A DNA stretch of 48,802 bases from an uncultured Eudoraea sp. (GCA_905479615.1 CAJQNH010000045.1:1-48802), one strand, 5' to 3'. Shown: positions 1-11,497, counted from the first letter of the stretch. Translations and numbers: made by a program. The notes: a model not told the origin generated them from the letters alone.

Positions 1-2
1 GG

Positions 3-869
3 TCCACAAATGCCGTATTGCACTTTTTGGCAATTGCGAAAGCTGCTCAAATTGATTTTACTTTAGATGATTTTCAAAAAATAAGTGATACAACTCCTTT
101 TCTGGCGGACTTAAAACCTAGTGGAAAATATTTGATGGAAGATATTCATCGTGTGGGAGGTACTCCTGCTGTAATGAAATTTATGCTTGAAAATGGAATG
201 CTGCATGGCGACTGCTTAACCGTTACAGGTAAAACAATTGCCGAAAACTTAGCAGATTTACCAGGATTAAAACCCGGTCAGAAAGTAGTTAAGTCGCTGC
301 AAGACCCAATAAAGGAAACAGGACATTTACGCATTCTTTATGGGAATTTGGCAAAAGACGGAGCAGTAGCGAAAATAACAGGTAAAGAAGGACTTCATTT
401 TACCGGTCCGGCAAAGGTTTTTGAGGATGAGTTCAAGGCAAATGACGGAATAGGAAAAGGATTGGTGAAAAAGGGAGATGTTGTGGTAATAAGATATGAA
501 GGACCTAAAGGAGGACCTGGCATGCCGGAAATGTTGAAACCAACTGCTGCAATTATGGGTGCAGGACTTGGAAAAGAAGTTGCATTAATAACCGACGGCC
601 GTTTTTCAGGTGGAACCCATGGTTTTGTAGTGGGGCATATTTCTCCTGAGGCTCAGGATGGCGGTACGATTGCTTTGCTGGAAGATGGCGATATCATTAC
701 AATTGATGCGGAGAAAAACAGTATTTCAGTGGATTTGACCGAAAAAGAAATTAGGGAAAGACTTTCAAAATGGGTGCAACCGGCACTTAAAGTAAATAGA
801 GGGAGCTTATATAAATATGCTAAAACAGTTTCATCTGCCTCCCAGGGTTGTGTAACAGATGAATTTTAA
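3..869 (+). CDS. ilvD: Dihydroxy-acid dehydratase, 5'-truncated by the window edge
   Basis: Frame is open from the window start ([12 protein letters not shown]). Motifs [20 protein letters not shown] and ITDGRFSGG. First gene of the ilvDBNC run. Confidence 0.97.
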   Translation, partial: STNAVLHFLAIAKAAQIDFTLDDFQKISDTTPFLADLKPSGKYLMEDIHRVGGTPAVMKFMLENGMLHGDCLTVTGKTIAENLADLPGLKPGQKVVKSLQDPIKETGHLRILYGNLAKDGAVAKITGKEGLHFTGPAKVFEDEFKANDGIGKGLVKKGDVVVIRYEGPKGGPGMPEMLKPTAAIMGAGLGKEVALITDGRFSGGTHGFVVGHISPEAQDGGTIALLEDGDIITIDAEKNSISVDLTEKEIRERLSKWVQPALKVNRGSLYKYAKTVSSASQGCVTDEF

Positions 870-926
870 GTTGTCATCTTTTGATGAAGAACGACCTAAA
901 AAAGTTATAGCATTTAATAAAAGATA

Positions 927-2666
927 ATGTGTATGCAAACATTAAAGGAAAAAAAAGCGAAGACGCACAACGAGAATCTGATAAGGATCAGCGGGGCTGA
1001 AGCAATTATCCATTGTCTTCTTGCAGAAGATGTGAATTTGATATATGGCTATCCAGGTGGTGCCATTATGCCTGTCTATGATGAGCTATATAAGTTTCAG
1101 GATAGACTTCACCATGTGCTTACAAGGCATGAACAAGGAGCGACTCATGCGGCACAGGGCTTTGCCCGTGTTACGGGAAAAGTGGGCGTTGCCATAGCAA
1201 CCTCAGGTCCCGGAGCAACAAACTTGGTTACGGGTCTTGCAGATGCACAGATAGATTCTACTCCAATGGTTTGTATTACAGGCCAGGTACCCCGACATCT
1301 ACTTGGATCCGATGCATTTCAGGAAACTGATATTATTGGAATATCTACCCCAGTTACGAAATGGAATTATCAGATTACAAAAGCTTCTGAAATTCCTGAA
1401 ATTATGGCTAAGGCCTTTTATATTGCAAAATCGGGTCGCCCAGGTCCTGTTTTAATTGATATTACCAAGAACGCGCAATTTGAAGAATTTGATTTTAGTT
1501 ACAGTCGATGTATAGCAGTGAGGAGTTACAAGCCTAGTCCAAAACCTGAGATTGCACAAATTGAAGCTGCGGCAGAAATAATAAACAATGCAAAAAGACC
1601 TTATATAGTCTTTGGTCATGGTGTAATTCTTGGAAAAGCAGAGGGTCAGCTCCGAACATTGGTTGAAAAAGCCGGAATCCCGGCTGCGTGGACCATTTTG
1701 GGCTTATCAGCAATGGATACGGATCATCCCTTAAATGTGGGGATGGTAGGAATGCATGGGAACTACGGCCCAAATGTGCTTACCAATGAATGTGATGTAC
1801 TTGTTGCTATTGGAATGCGCTTTGATGACAGGGTTACAGGAAATCTCGAGTCCTATGCAAAACAAGCAAAAGTAATTCACTTTGAAATTGACCCGGCAGA
1901 GATTGATAAAAATGTAAAAGCGGATGTGGCTATTTTAGGCAATGCAAAAGAATCACTCGATTTATTACTACCATTAATAAAAGAGAATAATCATGATGCC
2001 TGGCATAATAAGTTCAAAAAGTGTTATGAAGAAGAATATGAATCCGTAATTAAAAATGATCTTTATCCAACCAAAGATGGTCTAACGATGGGTGAGGTAA
2101 TAGAAGAAATAAATCTGGCTTCAGAAAATAAAGCTGTTATAGTTACCGATGTAGGTCAGCATCAAATGATTGCGTGTAGATATGCCAAGTTTAAACAGAC
2201 TAAAAGTAATATTACTTCAGGAGGTTTGGGGACTATGGGTTTTGCACTTCCGGCGGCTATTGGTGCCAAAATGGGTGCTATGGACAGGGAAGTGGTTGCT
2301 GTTATCGGAGATGGTGGTTTTCAAATGACTATTCAGGAATTGGCGACTATTTTTCAGAATAAGACAGCGGTAAAAATTGTTGTATTAAATAATGGTCACT
2401 TAGGAATGGTAAGGCAATGGCAGGAATTATTTTTTGAGGGCAGATATGCTTCAACGGTTATGACGAATCCGGATTTTGTAAAAATAGCCGAGGGATATCG
2501 TATTGAAGCAAAAAGGGTGGAAGAACGCAAAGATCTCAAGTCGGCAGTGCAGGCTATGATGGCCTCAAAAGAGCCATTCTTTCTCGAAGTGAGTGTTGAA
2601 AATGAAGATAATGTTTTCCCGATGATCCCTTCCGGTGCATCGGTTTCAGATATTCGTTTAAAATAA
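927..2666 (+). CDS. ilvB: Acetolactate synthase large subunit (start may be the ATG at 933)
   Basis: GYPGGAI, RHEQGA, TSGPGATN, DVGQHQM, SGGLGTMG and ThDP motif GDGGFQM...NN. Confidence 0.97.
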   Translation: MCMQTLKEKKAKTHNENLIRISGAEAIIHCLLAEDVNLIYGYPGGAIMPVYDELYKFQDRLHHVLTRHEQGATHAAQGFARVTGKVGVAIATSGPGATNLVTGLADAQIDSTPMVCITGQVPRHLLGSDAFQETDIIGISTPVTKWNYQITKASEIPEIMAKAFYIAKSGRPGPVLIDITKNAQFEEFDFSYSRCIAVRSYKPSPKPEIAQIEAAAEIINNAKRPYIVFGHGVILGKAEGQLRTLVEKAGIPAAWTILGLSAMDTDHPLNVGMVGMHGNYGPNVLTNECDVLVAIGMRFDDRVTGNLESYAKQAKVIHFEIDPAEIDKNVKADVAILGNAKESLDLLLPLIKENNHDAWHNKFKKCYEEEYESVIKNDLYPTKDGLTMGEVIEEINLASENKAVIVTDVGQHQMIACRYAKFKQTKSNITSGGLGTMGFALPAAIGAKMGAMDREVVAVIGDGGFQMTIQELATIFQNKTAVKIVVLNNGHLGMVRQWQELFFEGRYASTVMTNPDFVKIAEGYRIEAKRVEERKDLKSAVQAMMASKEPFFLEVSVENEDNVFPMIPSGASVSDIRLK

Positions 2667-2672
2667 ATTAGC

Positions 2673-3200
2673 ATGGAAAAAAAGTGGTTTACCATATCGG
2701 TCTATTCCGAAAACAATGTTGGATTGCTCAATAGGATATCTGGAATATTCTTAAAGAGACACATTAACATAGAAAGCTTAAATGTTTCAAAATCAGAAAT
2801 TGAGCATGTCTCCAAATTTACTATAGTTATCAACACTACTGAAGATTGGACGCGTAAAATAGTAGCACAGATTGAGAAACAAATTGAAGTTATAAAAGCA
2901 TTTTATCATACAGATGAGGAGACTATTTATCAGGAGTCGGCTCTATTCAAAATAGCCTCACATCTTTTATTTGATGAGCCTCAGATACAGAATATTATCT
3001 CGGGGAGTAAATCTAAAATAGTAACGGTATCAAGGGAATATTTTGTTTTAGCTAAAACAGGAAGAAGACACGAGATTGACGAAATGCATGATCAACTTGA
3101 GCCTTATGGAATAATGCAGTTTGTGCGCTCAGGGAGAATTACAGTAACTAAATCTACAATGCCCATCACTCCAATTATTAATGAATTCCATCAATCATAA
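2673..3200 (+). CDS. ilvN: Acetolactate synthase small regulatory subunit
   Basis: N-terminal ACT domain (ENNVGLLNRISGIFLKRHINIESLNV), C-terminal VRSG, 6 bp after ilvB. Confidence 0.95.
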   Translation: MEKKWFTISVYSENNVGLLNRISGIFLKRHINIESLNVSKSEIEHVSKFTIVINTTEDWTRKIVAQIEKQIEVIKAFYHTDEETIYQESALFKIASHLLFDEPQIQNIISGSKSKIVTVSREYFVLAKTGRRHEIDEMHDQLEPYGIMQFVRSGRITVTKSTMPITPIINEFHQS

Positions 3201-3233
3201 ACCTTATTTAATAAATAACAACAAATATTAAAC

Positions 3234-4709
3234 ATGACAAATTATTTCAATACGCTATCCTTAAGAGATCAATTATTGCAATTAGGTAAATGCCGGTTTA
3301 TGGAGTCTGCCGAATTTTCGGATGGCATTAATGCTTTAAAATCAAAAAAGATTGTAATTGTTGGTTGTGGAGCACAAGGCTTAAACCAGGGTTTAAATAT
3401 GAGGGATTCCGGATTGGATATTTCTTATACACTTCGTGAGGCTGCCATTAAGGAAAAACGCCAATCTTTTAAAAACGCCAGTGAAAATGGTTTTAATGTA
3501 GGAACCTATGAAAATATTGTGCCTGACGCAGATCTTGTCATTAATTTAACTCCGGATAAGCAGCATACCTCTGTAATAAATGCAGTAATGCCGTTAATGA
3601 AAAAAGGCGCAACATTGTCTTATTCTCACGGATTTAATATTGTAGAGGAAGGGATGCAAATAAGGAAGGACCTTACAGTTATTATGGTTGCGCCAAAATG
3701 TCCCGGATCAGAGGTTAGAGAAGAATACAAAAGAGGTTTTGGGGTACCAACTTTGATTGCCGTACATCCGAATAATGACCCGGAAGGCAAGGGATATGAA
3801 CAGGCTAAGGCTTATGCAGTCGCTACCGGAGGCAATAGAGCTGGTGTATTGGAATCTTCGTTTGTCGCTGAAGTTAAATCTGATTTAATGGGAGAACAAA
3901 CCATTCTGTGTGGTTTATTACAAACAGGATCCATTCTTTGCTTTGATAAAATGATAGAGAAGGGAGTTAATCCGGGCTATGCTTCTAAACTTATTCAATA
4001 CGGTTGGGAAACAGTAACAGAGGGTTTGAAATATGGTGGGATAACCAATATGATGGACCGCTTGTCTAATCCTGCAAAAATAAAAGCCTTTGAGTTATCA
4101 GAAGAGTTAAAAGATATTATGAGGCCATTATTCCATAAACATATGGATGATATTATGAGCGGACATTTTTCTAAGACAATGATGGAAGATTGGGCAAATG
4201 ATGATAAAAACTTGTTGACCTGGCGTGCGGAAACCGGAAAAACCGCATTTGAAAAAACTGCTGCTGGTGATGATGCCATATCTGAGCAGGAATATTATGA
4301 TAATGGATTGCTTATGGTTGCCCTGGTTAGAGCAGGGGTGGAGCTGGCTTATGAGTCTATGACTGAATCCGGAATAATAGGTGAATCGGCTTATTATGAG
4401 TCTTTACACGAAACGCCGCTTATTGCTAATACTATTGCCAGAAAGAAATTATTTGAAATGAATCGGGTAATATCTGATACTGCAGAATATGGTTGCTATT
4501 TATTTGATCATGCCTGTAAACCTTTATTAGGCGATTTTATGAAAAAAGTGGATATTGATGTTATTGGCAACCCTTATGTTCAAGGCAAGGACAATGGCGT
4601 GGATAACGCCAAGCTAATTGCAGTAAACAAAGCGCTGCGTGAGCATCCTGTTGAGATTATTGGAGCTAGGTTAAGGGAGTCTATGACTGCGATGAAACCA
4701 ATTGTTTAA
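3234..4709 (+). CDS. ilvC: Ketol-acid reductoisomerase, long (class II, 491 aa) form
   Basis: GCGAQG Rossmann motif, [32 protein letters not shown] and a duplicated helical domain. Confidence 0.97.
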   Translation: MTNYFNTLSLRDQLLQLGKCRFMESAEFSDGINALKSKKIVIVGCGAQGLNQGLNMRDSGLDISYTLREAAIKEKRQSFKNASENGFNVGTYENIVPDADLVINLTPDKQHTSVINAVMPLMKKGATLSYSHGFNIVEEGMQIRKDLTVIMVAPKCPGSEVREEYKRGFGVPTLIAVHPNNDPEGKGYEQAKAYAVATGGNRAGVLESSFVAEVKSDLMGEQTILCGLLQTGSILCFDKMIEKGVNPGYASKLIQYGWETVTEGLKYGGITNMMDRLSNPAKIKAFELSEELKDIMRPLFHKHMDDIMSGHFSKTMMEDWANDDKNLLTWRAETGKTAFEKTAAGDDAISEQEYYDNGLLMVALVRAGVELAYESMTESGIIGESAYYESLHETPLIANTIARKKLFEMNRVISDTAEYGCYLFDHACKPLLGDFMKKVDIDVIGNPYVQGKDNGVDNAKLIAVNKALREHPVEIIGARLRESMTAMKPIV

Positions 4710-4767
4710 ATAAACGCAAGTCAGACGTATTTAAAAATTATTCTAAGTTTTTAAGACTAAAAACACT

Positions 4768-6360
4768 ATGGAAACAACCGTATCGCTAATTCCTGAGGAA
4801 TTTCGCATTAATGCGCCAATAAATCAAAAGATCTATTTGGTAAATGGGGAATTAAAAGAGTGGGATGGTGCAACGGCCCAGGTATACTCGACTATCTCAA
4901 GTACATCTGAATACGCTCCAACTTTACTTGGGACAGTACCGGACATGGGTGAAAAAGAGGCTTTGGAAGCATTAGATGCCGCTGTAAAAGCGTATGACCA
5001 GGGACAGGGTGTATGGCCAACCATGAAGGTTAGCGATCGGATAGAATGTATGGAGAAGTTTGTCCGTATTATGGAAACAAAAAGGGGTGAAGTAGTCAAA
5101 TATTTAATGTGGGAAATAGGTAAAACTTTACCAGATTCTGAAAAAGAATTCGACAGAACCATAGAATACATCTACGATACTATTGAAGATTACAAACAAT
5201 TGGATCGTGATTCAGCGAAATTTGAAAAGAATGCAGGTGTTTATGCCCATATAAGACGCGGACCCCTTGGTGTAGTATTATGTCTTGGGCCTTATAATTA
5301 TCCTTTGAATGAGACCTTCTGTTTGCTTATTCCGGCAATTATCATGGGCAATACTGCAGTTTTTAAACCTGCAAAGCAAGGAGTGCTTTTGATTGCGCCA
5401 TTAATAAAAGCTTTTAAAGAAAGTTTTCCGAAAGGGGTTGTCAATGTCTTATTCGGTCGTGGACGGGCTATTGCAGGTCCTATAATGAAGACAGGTAAAG
5501 TAGATGTCCTGGCTTTAATAGGTCATAGTTCATCGGCAAATGCATTGCAAAACCAGCATCCAAAGAGCAACCGTTTGAGACTTGTATTGGGGCTGGAAGC
5601 AAAAAACCCTGCTATTGTGCTGCATGATGCAAATATGGAGTTGGCTATAAATGAATGTCTTGCGGGCGCTTTGTCTTTTAATGGTCAGCGTTGCACGGCA
5701 CTAAAGGTGATATATGTGCATAAGGATATAGTTGCTGAGTTTACCGAAAAATTCTCAAAAAAAGTAGATGAACTTAAATTCGGCAATCCCTGGGATAAGG
5801 GAGTAGCTCTAACACCTTTGCCAGAACCGGATAAACCGGCATATATACAAGAATTAATTGATGACGCTTTGGATAAAGGAGCTAAAATTCTGAACTCAAA
5901 AGGAGGAAAGCATTCTGATAATTTTATCTGGCCTGCAGTCCTTTACCCTGTAACCAAGGATATGAAGGTGTATGAAGAAGAACAGTTTGGACCTGTGATT
6001 CCTATCCTTTCGTTTGAAGATATTCAAGAACCATTAGATGACATGGCCGAGTCTAACTACGGTCAGCAAGTAAGTTTGTTTGGTAGTGATGTCTATACCC
6101 TGGCGCCTTTAATTGATAATCTGGCGAATCTTGTATGTCGCGTAAATCTAAATAGTTCCTGTCAGCGAGGACCCGATGTTTACCCGTTTACGGGTAGAAA
6201 GGATTCCGCGGTTGCGACATTGAGTGTTCATGATGCACTACGATCGTTCTCTATAAGGACATTTGTAGCCTCAAAGGACACCGAATTAAATAATGAAATT
6301 CTCGAAAAGTTATTGGAAACCAAGTTATCCAACTTTATTAGCACAGACTATATATTATAG
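4768..6360 (+). CDS. gapN: Aldehyde dehydrogenase family, probable non-phosphorylating NADP-dependent glyceraldehyde-3-phosphate dehydrogenase
   Basis: [15 protein letters not shown], catalytic Cys in [30 protein letters not shown]. The substrate is inferred from these GAPN-like motifs. Confidence 0.8.
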   Translation: METTVSLIPEEFRINAPINQKIYLVNGELKEWDGATAQVYSTISSTSEYAPTLLGTVPDMGEKEALEALDAAVKAYDQGQGVWPTMKVSDRIECMEKFVRIMETKRGEVVKYLMWEIGKTLPDSEKEFDRTIEYIYDTIEDYKQLDRDSAKFEKNAGVYAHIRRGPLGVVLCLGPYNYPLNETFCLLIPAIIMGNTAVFKPAKQGVLLIAPLIKAFKESFPKGVVNVLFGRGRAIAGPIMKTGKVDVLALIGHSSSANALQNQHPKSNRLRLVLGLEAKNPAIVLHDANMELAINECLAGALSFNGQRCTALKVIYVHKDIVAEFTEKFSKKVDELKFGNPWDKGVALTPLPEPDKPAYIQELIDDALDKGAKILNSKGGKHSDNFIWPAVLYPVTKDMKVYEEEQFGPVIPILSFEDIQEPLDDMAESNYGQQVSLFGSDVYTLAPLIDNLANLVCRVNLNSSCQRGPDVYPFTGRKDSAVATLSVHDALRSFSIRTFVASKDTELNNEILEKLLETKLSNFISTDYIL

Positions 6361-6433
6361 ATATCAATTGGATATTTATAATAATAATTGTGGAAATTTA
6401 AAAGTTGTCCTGCATATCCATATGTAGTTTTTC

Positions 6434-7489
6434 CTAAATATGGGAGGCAAGCCAATCACCAACTTCACTGGTTTTATAGGCTTTTTCACCTTCAGCCAGG
6501 TCTTCAGTAACAATTCCTTCTGAAAGGGATTCATTAACCACTTTACGAATGGCTTCAGCTTCATCAGATAAATTAAATCCATCAAATAACATAGCTGCAG
6601 ATAAAACTGTTGCCAGAGGATTAGCAATATCTTTTCCTGCTGCCTGGGGATAGGAACCATGAATTGGTTCGTATAGCGCGATGCTCTCTCCAATAGAAGC
6701 AGAAGGCATCAATCCCATAGAACCAGATATTACAGAAGCTTCATCTGTAAGAATATCGCCAAACAGGTTTTCGGTGATTAGTACATCGTATTCACTTGGC
6801 CACTGCACAAGCCGCATAGCCACCGCATCAACAAATTCATAGGATACCTCTACATCGGGATAATCTTTTTCCATAGCCTGTACGGTTTCACGCCATAAAC
6901 GCGACGTTTCCAAAACATTGGCTTTGTCTACACAACAGAGGCGCTTAGAGCGCTTTTGAGCCATTTCAAAACCTTTTTTAGCCAAACGCTGCACTTCCTT
7001 TCGGGTATAAGTACAGGTGTCGTAAGCTGTGTCTCCGTTATCTTCTCTTCCTCGTTTTCCAAAATAGATACCACCAGTAAGTTCTCTTAAAAACACCAGA
7101 TCTGTACCTTCAATACGTTCTTTTTTTAATGGCGATTTATCAATTAGAGATGGAAATGTAAAAGTGGGTCTTACATTAGCAAACAAACCCAGCTTTTGTC
7201 TCATACGCAACAAACCTTGCTCCGGGCGAACTTTTGCCGATGGATCGTTGTCATATTTTGGATGACCAATAGCACCAAATAGTACCGCATCTGAAGTTTC
7301 ACATATTTCATGTGTGTCATCAGGGTAAGGATCTCCAACAGCGTCAATCGCAGCAGCACCGGTCAATGCAGGTCTCCAGTTTATTTCATGGTTAAACTTT
7401 GTCGCAATGGCATCACAAACTTTTACCGCCTGATCTATCACTTCCGGTCCAATTCCGTCTCCGGCCAAGAGTGCTATATTTAATTTCAT
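6434..7489 (-). CDS. leuB: 3-isopropylmalate dehydrogenase
   Basis: GDGIGPEV, RELTGGIYFG, VDKANVL, NLFGDILTDE, EPIHGSYP. Confidence 0.97.
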   Translation of the reverse strand: MKLNIALLAGDGIGPEVIDQAVKVCDAIATKFNHEINWRPALTGAAAIDAVGDPYPDDTHEICETSDAVLFGAIGHPKYDNDPSAKVRPEQGLLRMRQKLGLFANVRPTFTFPSLIDKSPLKKERIEGTDLVFLRELTGGIYFGKRGREDNGDTAYDTCTYTRKEVQRLAKKGFEMAQKRSKRLCCVDKANVLETSRLWRETVQAMEKDYPDVEVSYEFVDAVAMRLVQWPSEYDVLITENLFGDILTDEASVISGSMGLMPSASIGESIALYEPIHGSYPQAAGKDIANPLATVLSAAMLFDGFNLSDEAEAIRKVVNESLSEGIVTEDLAEGEKAYKTSEVGDWLASHI

Positions 7490-7540
7490 ATTATTACTTG
7501 GATCTAATTAGAATAAAATTTTTGTTTTTATAAAGGTACT

Positions 7541-9058
7541 TTATATGATGTTTAACATTTTTTCAGTAGCCTTAATTGCAGAAACCGTTTGATCTGAATC
7601 CAGGCCTCGAGTAATAAAGTCATTCTCCTTATCGCGCCAGGTTATAATGGTTTCACACAAGGCATCAGAGTTACTTCCAGGAGGTATACGCACCGCATAG
7701 TCAATAAGAATAGGTAATTCCATTTTTTTGGAATGATATACTTTTCTCAAAGCATTCATAAATGCATCAAACTGACCATCTCCCTGTGCGTTTTGCTCAT
7801 AAGCTTGACCTTCGATTTCCACCGCTACAGTGGTTGAAGGCTTAAGTCCCTTTGAATGCGTAAGTACATATGATTTGACAAAAGTTTTTTGTTGATATGA
7901 CTCAGTATCCAAAACATCTGAAATAATATATGGAAGGTCTTCTTTAGTAACTTTCTCCTTTTTATCACCTAAATCAATAATGCGTTGTGTAACTTTTTTA
8001 ATTTCTTCCTCTGTTAAGGTAAGACCTAATTCCTGAAGATTTTTTTGGATATTGGCTTTTCCAGAGGTCTTGCCCAGGGCATATTTACGTTTTCTACCAA
8101 AACGTTCGGGCAATAAATCATTAAAGTATAAATTCTTTTTATTATCTCCATCTGCATGTATTCCAGCTGTTTGGGTGAATACATTGTCACCAACAATAGG
8201 TTTGTTTGCCGGAATACCAAATCCTGTAAATGTTGATACGAGTTTACTCACCTTAAAAAGGGTAGACTCTTCCACATTAATGTCGATTTCGGGCATAAAA
8301 TCATTTATCACAGCGACTACACTTGCCAATGGAGCATTTCCGGCACGTTCCCCCATGCCATTAATAGTCAAATGTAACCCGTGACAACCTGCTCTCAGGG
8401 CTTCCATAACATTGGCAACACTTAGATCGTAATCATTATGACCATGAAAATCGAAGTGCATATTCGGATAACGAGTTATTATTTGTGAGATAAAATCATA
8501 GGTTTCTCCATGTGTTAAAATACCCAGGGTATCCGGCAATAAGATTCTTTTGACAGGTTGTGTAGTAAGGAAGTCGAGATATTGAAAAACATATTCTGGG
8601 GAATTTCGCATTCCATTACTCCAATCTTCGAGATATACATTTGTGGTAATTCCCTGTTTTTCCGCCAAACTAAGTACATTGGCAATATCTGCAAAATGCT
8701 CTTCGGGTGTCTTTTTGAGTTGGTACTTAAGGTGATTCAACGATCCCTTGGTTAATAGGTTTTGTACTTTGGCTCCGGTCTCTTCCATCCATTTTAGAGA
8801 AAGACCGTTATCTACAAAAGTTAGTACCTCAATACGGTCCAAATACCCTACGCTCTTAGCCCAGTCGGCTATTTGTTCAACGGACTTAAATTCACCTTCT
8901 GAAACTCTGGCAGACGCAATTTCTATACGATCTACTTTCAGTTCATTTAAAAGAAGTTTTGCCAGGGTAAGCTTTTCTGCTGCAGTGAAGGATACGCCTG
9001 AGGTTTGTTCTCCATCCCTCAATGTTGTGTCCATTATGTCAATCTTCCTCTTATTCAT
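7541..9058 (-). CDS. cimA: DRE-TIM acyltransferase, probable (R)-citramalate synthase (Leptospira/Bacteroides type)
   Basis: DTTLRDGEQ, NLLTKGS, YLEDWSNG, HGHNDYDL, TQTAGIHADGD and a C-terminal regulatory domain. These match CimA better than LeuA (HxSGIHQDG). Confidence 0.82.
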   Translation of the reverse strand: MNKRKIDIMDTTLRDGEQTSGVSFTAAEKLTLAKLLLNELKVDRIEIASARVSEGEFKSVEQIADWAKSVGYLDRIEVLTFVDNGLSLKWMEETGAKVQNLLTKGSLNHLKYQLKKTPEEHFADIANVLSLAEKQGITTNVYLEDWSNGMRNSPEYVFQYLDFLTTQPVKRILLPDTLGILTHGETYDFISQIITRYPNMHFDFHGHNDYDLSVANVMEALRAGCHGLHLTINGMGERAGNAPLASVVAVINDFMPEIDINVEESTLFKVSKLVSTFTGFGIPANKPIVGDNVFTQTAGIHADGDNKKNLYFNDLLPERFGRKRKYALGKTSGKANIQKNLQELGLTLTEEEIKKVTQRIIDLGDKKEKVTKEDLPYIISDVLDTESYQQKTFVKSYVLTHSKGLKPSTTVAVEIEGQAYEQNAQGDGQFDAFMNALRKVYHSKKMELPILIDYAVRIPPGSNSDALCETIITWRDKENDFITRGLDSDQTVSAIKATEKMLNII

Positions 9059-9101
9059 GCTAAAGGTAAAATGGATTATGAAGTATTGGTTTGCTTAAAT
9101 G

Positions 9102-9698
9102 TTAAAGAGGTGTGTCTTTAGAAAAGGATTCAATTTCACTCTTAATATTTAGTAAATAATCAATATCGTCAAATCCGTTGAGTAAGTTTTCCTTTTTGTA
9201 GTCATTTATTTCGAAACTTTCTATTTCACCCGTTGTTTTAATAGTGAAAGTTTGTTCCGGAAGATTGACTTCAAATTCTGTATTTGGATCGGCTTCAATT
9301 GCCTCGAAAATCTTTGAAAGAAAGTTTGGGCTTACCTGAACAGGTAAAACGCCAATATTCATACAATTGCCTCGGAATATATCCGCAAAAAAACTGCTTA
9401 CAACACACCGAAATCCATAATCATAGATGGCCCAGGCAGCGTGTTCTCTTGAAGAACCAGATCCAAAATTTTTACCACCAGCTAATATTTTACCGCTATA
9501 AATAGGATTGTTCAGTACAAAATGTTCTTTGGGAGTATTATCAGATTGATATCTCCAATCCCGAAAAAGGTTATCACCAAAACCCTTGCGTTCAGTTGCT
9601 TTTAGAAACCTTGCTGGAATAATCTGGTCCGTATCCACATTTTCTATTGGCAGTGGAACAGCTGTAGTGCTTAAAACTTTAAAATTATCGTATGCCAT
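9102..9698 (-). CDS. leuD: 3-isopropylmalate dehydratase small subunit
   Basis: [31 protein letters not shown]. Confidence 0.97.
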   Translation of the reverse strand: MAYDNFKVLSTTAVPLPIENVDTDQIIPARFLKATERKGFGDNLFRDWRYQSDNTPKEHFVLNNPIYSGKILAGGKNFGSGSSREHAAWAIYDYGFRCVVSSFFADIFRGNCMNIGVLPVQVSPNFLSKIFEAIEADPNTEFEVNLPEQTFTIKTTGEIESFEINDYKKENLLNGFDDIDYLLNIKSEIESFSKDTPL

Positions 9699-9731
9699 TA
9701 GTATTTGTTTCCGTTATTTATTAATTAAAAA

Positions 9732-11141
9732 TTAAGCTGTTTCAAAAACCATCAACTCCCGCGGATCTGTTACCTTGCCAGTTACCGCTGCGGCAGCCGC
9801 TACCAAAGGACTAGCAAGAAGTGTTCTTGCTCCAGGTCCCTGTCTACCTTCAAAATTCCTGTTAGATGTACTCACAGCGTATTTTCCAGCGGGAATTTTA
9901 TCGTCATTCATGGCAAGACAAGCGGAGCAGCCAGGTTCCCTTAATTCAAAACCCGCCTTATTCAGGATATCCAGCAAACCTTCTTTTTTAATAGCGTCTT
10001 CTACTTTGTGCGAACCGGGAACCAGCCATGCAGTAACATTTTCGGCCTTTTGTCTTCCTTTCACCAGGCTCGTAAAGGCCCTGAAATCTTCAATCCTTCC
10101 ATTAGTACAGCTTCCAAGGAAAACAAAATCTATTTCTTTCCCCAGCATATTGTCCCCTTCCTCAAAATTCATATACTTAAGGGACTTTTTGTAAGTGGAG
10201 GATCCACCTTCAATAGTATCAGATTTAGGGATACCGCCTGATATTCCCATACCCATTCCCGGATTAGTTCCGTAGGTAATCATTGGTTCTATATCTTCAC
10301 CGTTAAATGTGATTTCATTATCAAAAACAGAATCGTCATCTGTATATAAAGTTTCCCAGTAGATCATTGCCCTATCCCAGGCCTCACCTTTTGGCGTAAA
10401 CTCCCTATTTTTGATATATTCAAATGTTTTATTATCCGGGGCAATCATGCCTCCACGTGCACCCATTTCAATGCTTAAATTACATACAGTCATACGCCCT
10501 TCCATAGACATCTGTTTAAAGACATCTCCTGCGTATTCAACAAAATATCCAGTAGCTCCTGAAGTGCTCAACTGAGAAATAATATAGAGAGCGACATCTT
10601 TAGGGGTAACCGCATTATTCAATTTACCGTTTATAGTAATACGCATGCTTTTAGGTTTAGGCTGCATAATGCATTGGGTTGCCAAAACCATTTCTACCTC
10701 TGAAGTCCCAATTCCAAATGCTATAGCACCAAAAGCGCCATGCGTCGAAGTATGGGAGTCACCACAAACAATTGTCGATCCAGGTAATGTAATTCCATTC
10801 TCAGGGCCAATTACATGGACAATGCCGTTTTTTTCGTGACCTAGTCCCCAATAGGGAATTTGATGCTCTTGTGCGTTTTGTTCTAAAGCCCTAAGCTGTT
10901 TGGCAGACAGAGGATCCTGAACGGGCAGATGTTGGTTTAATGTTGGGGTATTATGATCTGCGGTGGCAAAGGTACGTTCCGGGTATAAAACCTTAATATT
11001 CCTATTATTTAAGCCCAAAAATGCCACCGGACTTGTTACTTCATGAACAAGATGACGGTCAATAAACAACACATCAGGTCCATTCAGTACCTTTTTGACT
11101 ACATGTGAGTCCCAAACTTTATCAAATAGTGTTTTTTTCAT
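9732..11141 (-). CDS. leuC: 3-isopropylmalate dehydratase large subunit
   Basis: [17 protein letters not shown], Fe-S ligands GSCTN and [17 protein letters not shown]. Confidence 0.97.
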   Translation of the reverse strand: MKKTLFDKVWDSHVVKKVLNGPDVLFIDRHLVHEVTSPVAFLGLNNRNIKVLYPERTFATADHNTPTLNQHLPVQDPLSAKQLRALEQNAQEHQIPYWGLGHEKNGIVHVIGPENGITLPGSTIVCGDSHTSTHGAFGAIAFGIGTSEVEMVLATQCIMQPKPKSMRITINGKLNNAVTPKDVALYIISQLSTSGATGYFVEYAGDVFKQMSMEGRMTVCNLSIEMGARGGMIAPDNKTFEYIKNREFTPKGEAWDRAMIYWETLYTDDDSVFDNEITFNGEDIEPMITYGTNPGMGMGISGGIPKSDTIEGGSSTYKKSLKYMNFEEGDNMLGKEIDFVFLGSCTNGRIEDFRAFTSLVKGRQKAENVTAWLVPGSHKVEDAIKKEGLLDILNKAGFELREPGCSACLAMNDDKIPAGKYAVSTSNRNFEGRQGPGARTLLASPLVAAAAAVTGKVTDPRELMVFETA

Positions 11142-11185
11142 AGAATATTCAAATAACTAAATACGTAGCTTTTTTGCACAGCTAA

Positions 11186-11193
11186 CAAATGTA
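11186..11193 (-). promoter_or_regulatory. Bacteroidota -7 promoter element for the leuCD-cimA-leuB operon
   Basis: TACATTTG on the minus strand (consensus TAnnTTTG), 45 bp upstream of the leuC ATG. Confidence 0.55.
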
Positions 11194-11379
11194 TGAAATA
11201 CAAGTAAAAGAGTGTAAAACAATGTGCTTCTAAATTACGATGTTCAATTAACTATTAAGTAATATAAACTATTAATAATCAATTACTTGACCTGCAAAGA
11301 CCCACTTTTCAGTTTTATGTTAACATGAGGCACTATTTTATCTTCTTGGCAGTATGCGAAATATTGAATGGAATACAAA

Positions 11380-11428
11380 TGTAATTACGGTTTAACATGG
11401 CTTTACTTTGGTTTAACATTACTGTAAC
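11380..11428 (+). promoter_or_regulatory. Helically phased direct repeats upstream of the DUF2911 gene, candidate transcription-factor site
   Basis: GGTTTAACAT at 11389 and 11410 (21-bp period). Related hexamers at 11380, 11391, 11402, 11412 and 11423. Confidence 0.45.
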
Positions 11429-11497
11429 GATTACAAGAAAAGGCTATGCCTATCTTTAATGAAATCTAACTATATAATTAATATTTAAAGAAACTAA

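Noticed and set aside
11142-11383. Possible Leu/Ile leader-peptide attenuator upstream of leuC
   Set aside because: The only minus-strand ATG gives Met-Leu-Thr-stop, there are no GC-rich alternative hairpins, and a -7 element lies close to leuC.
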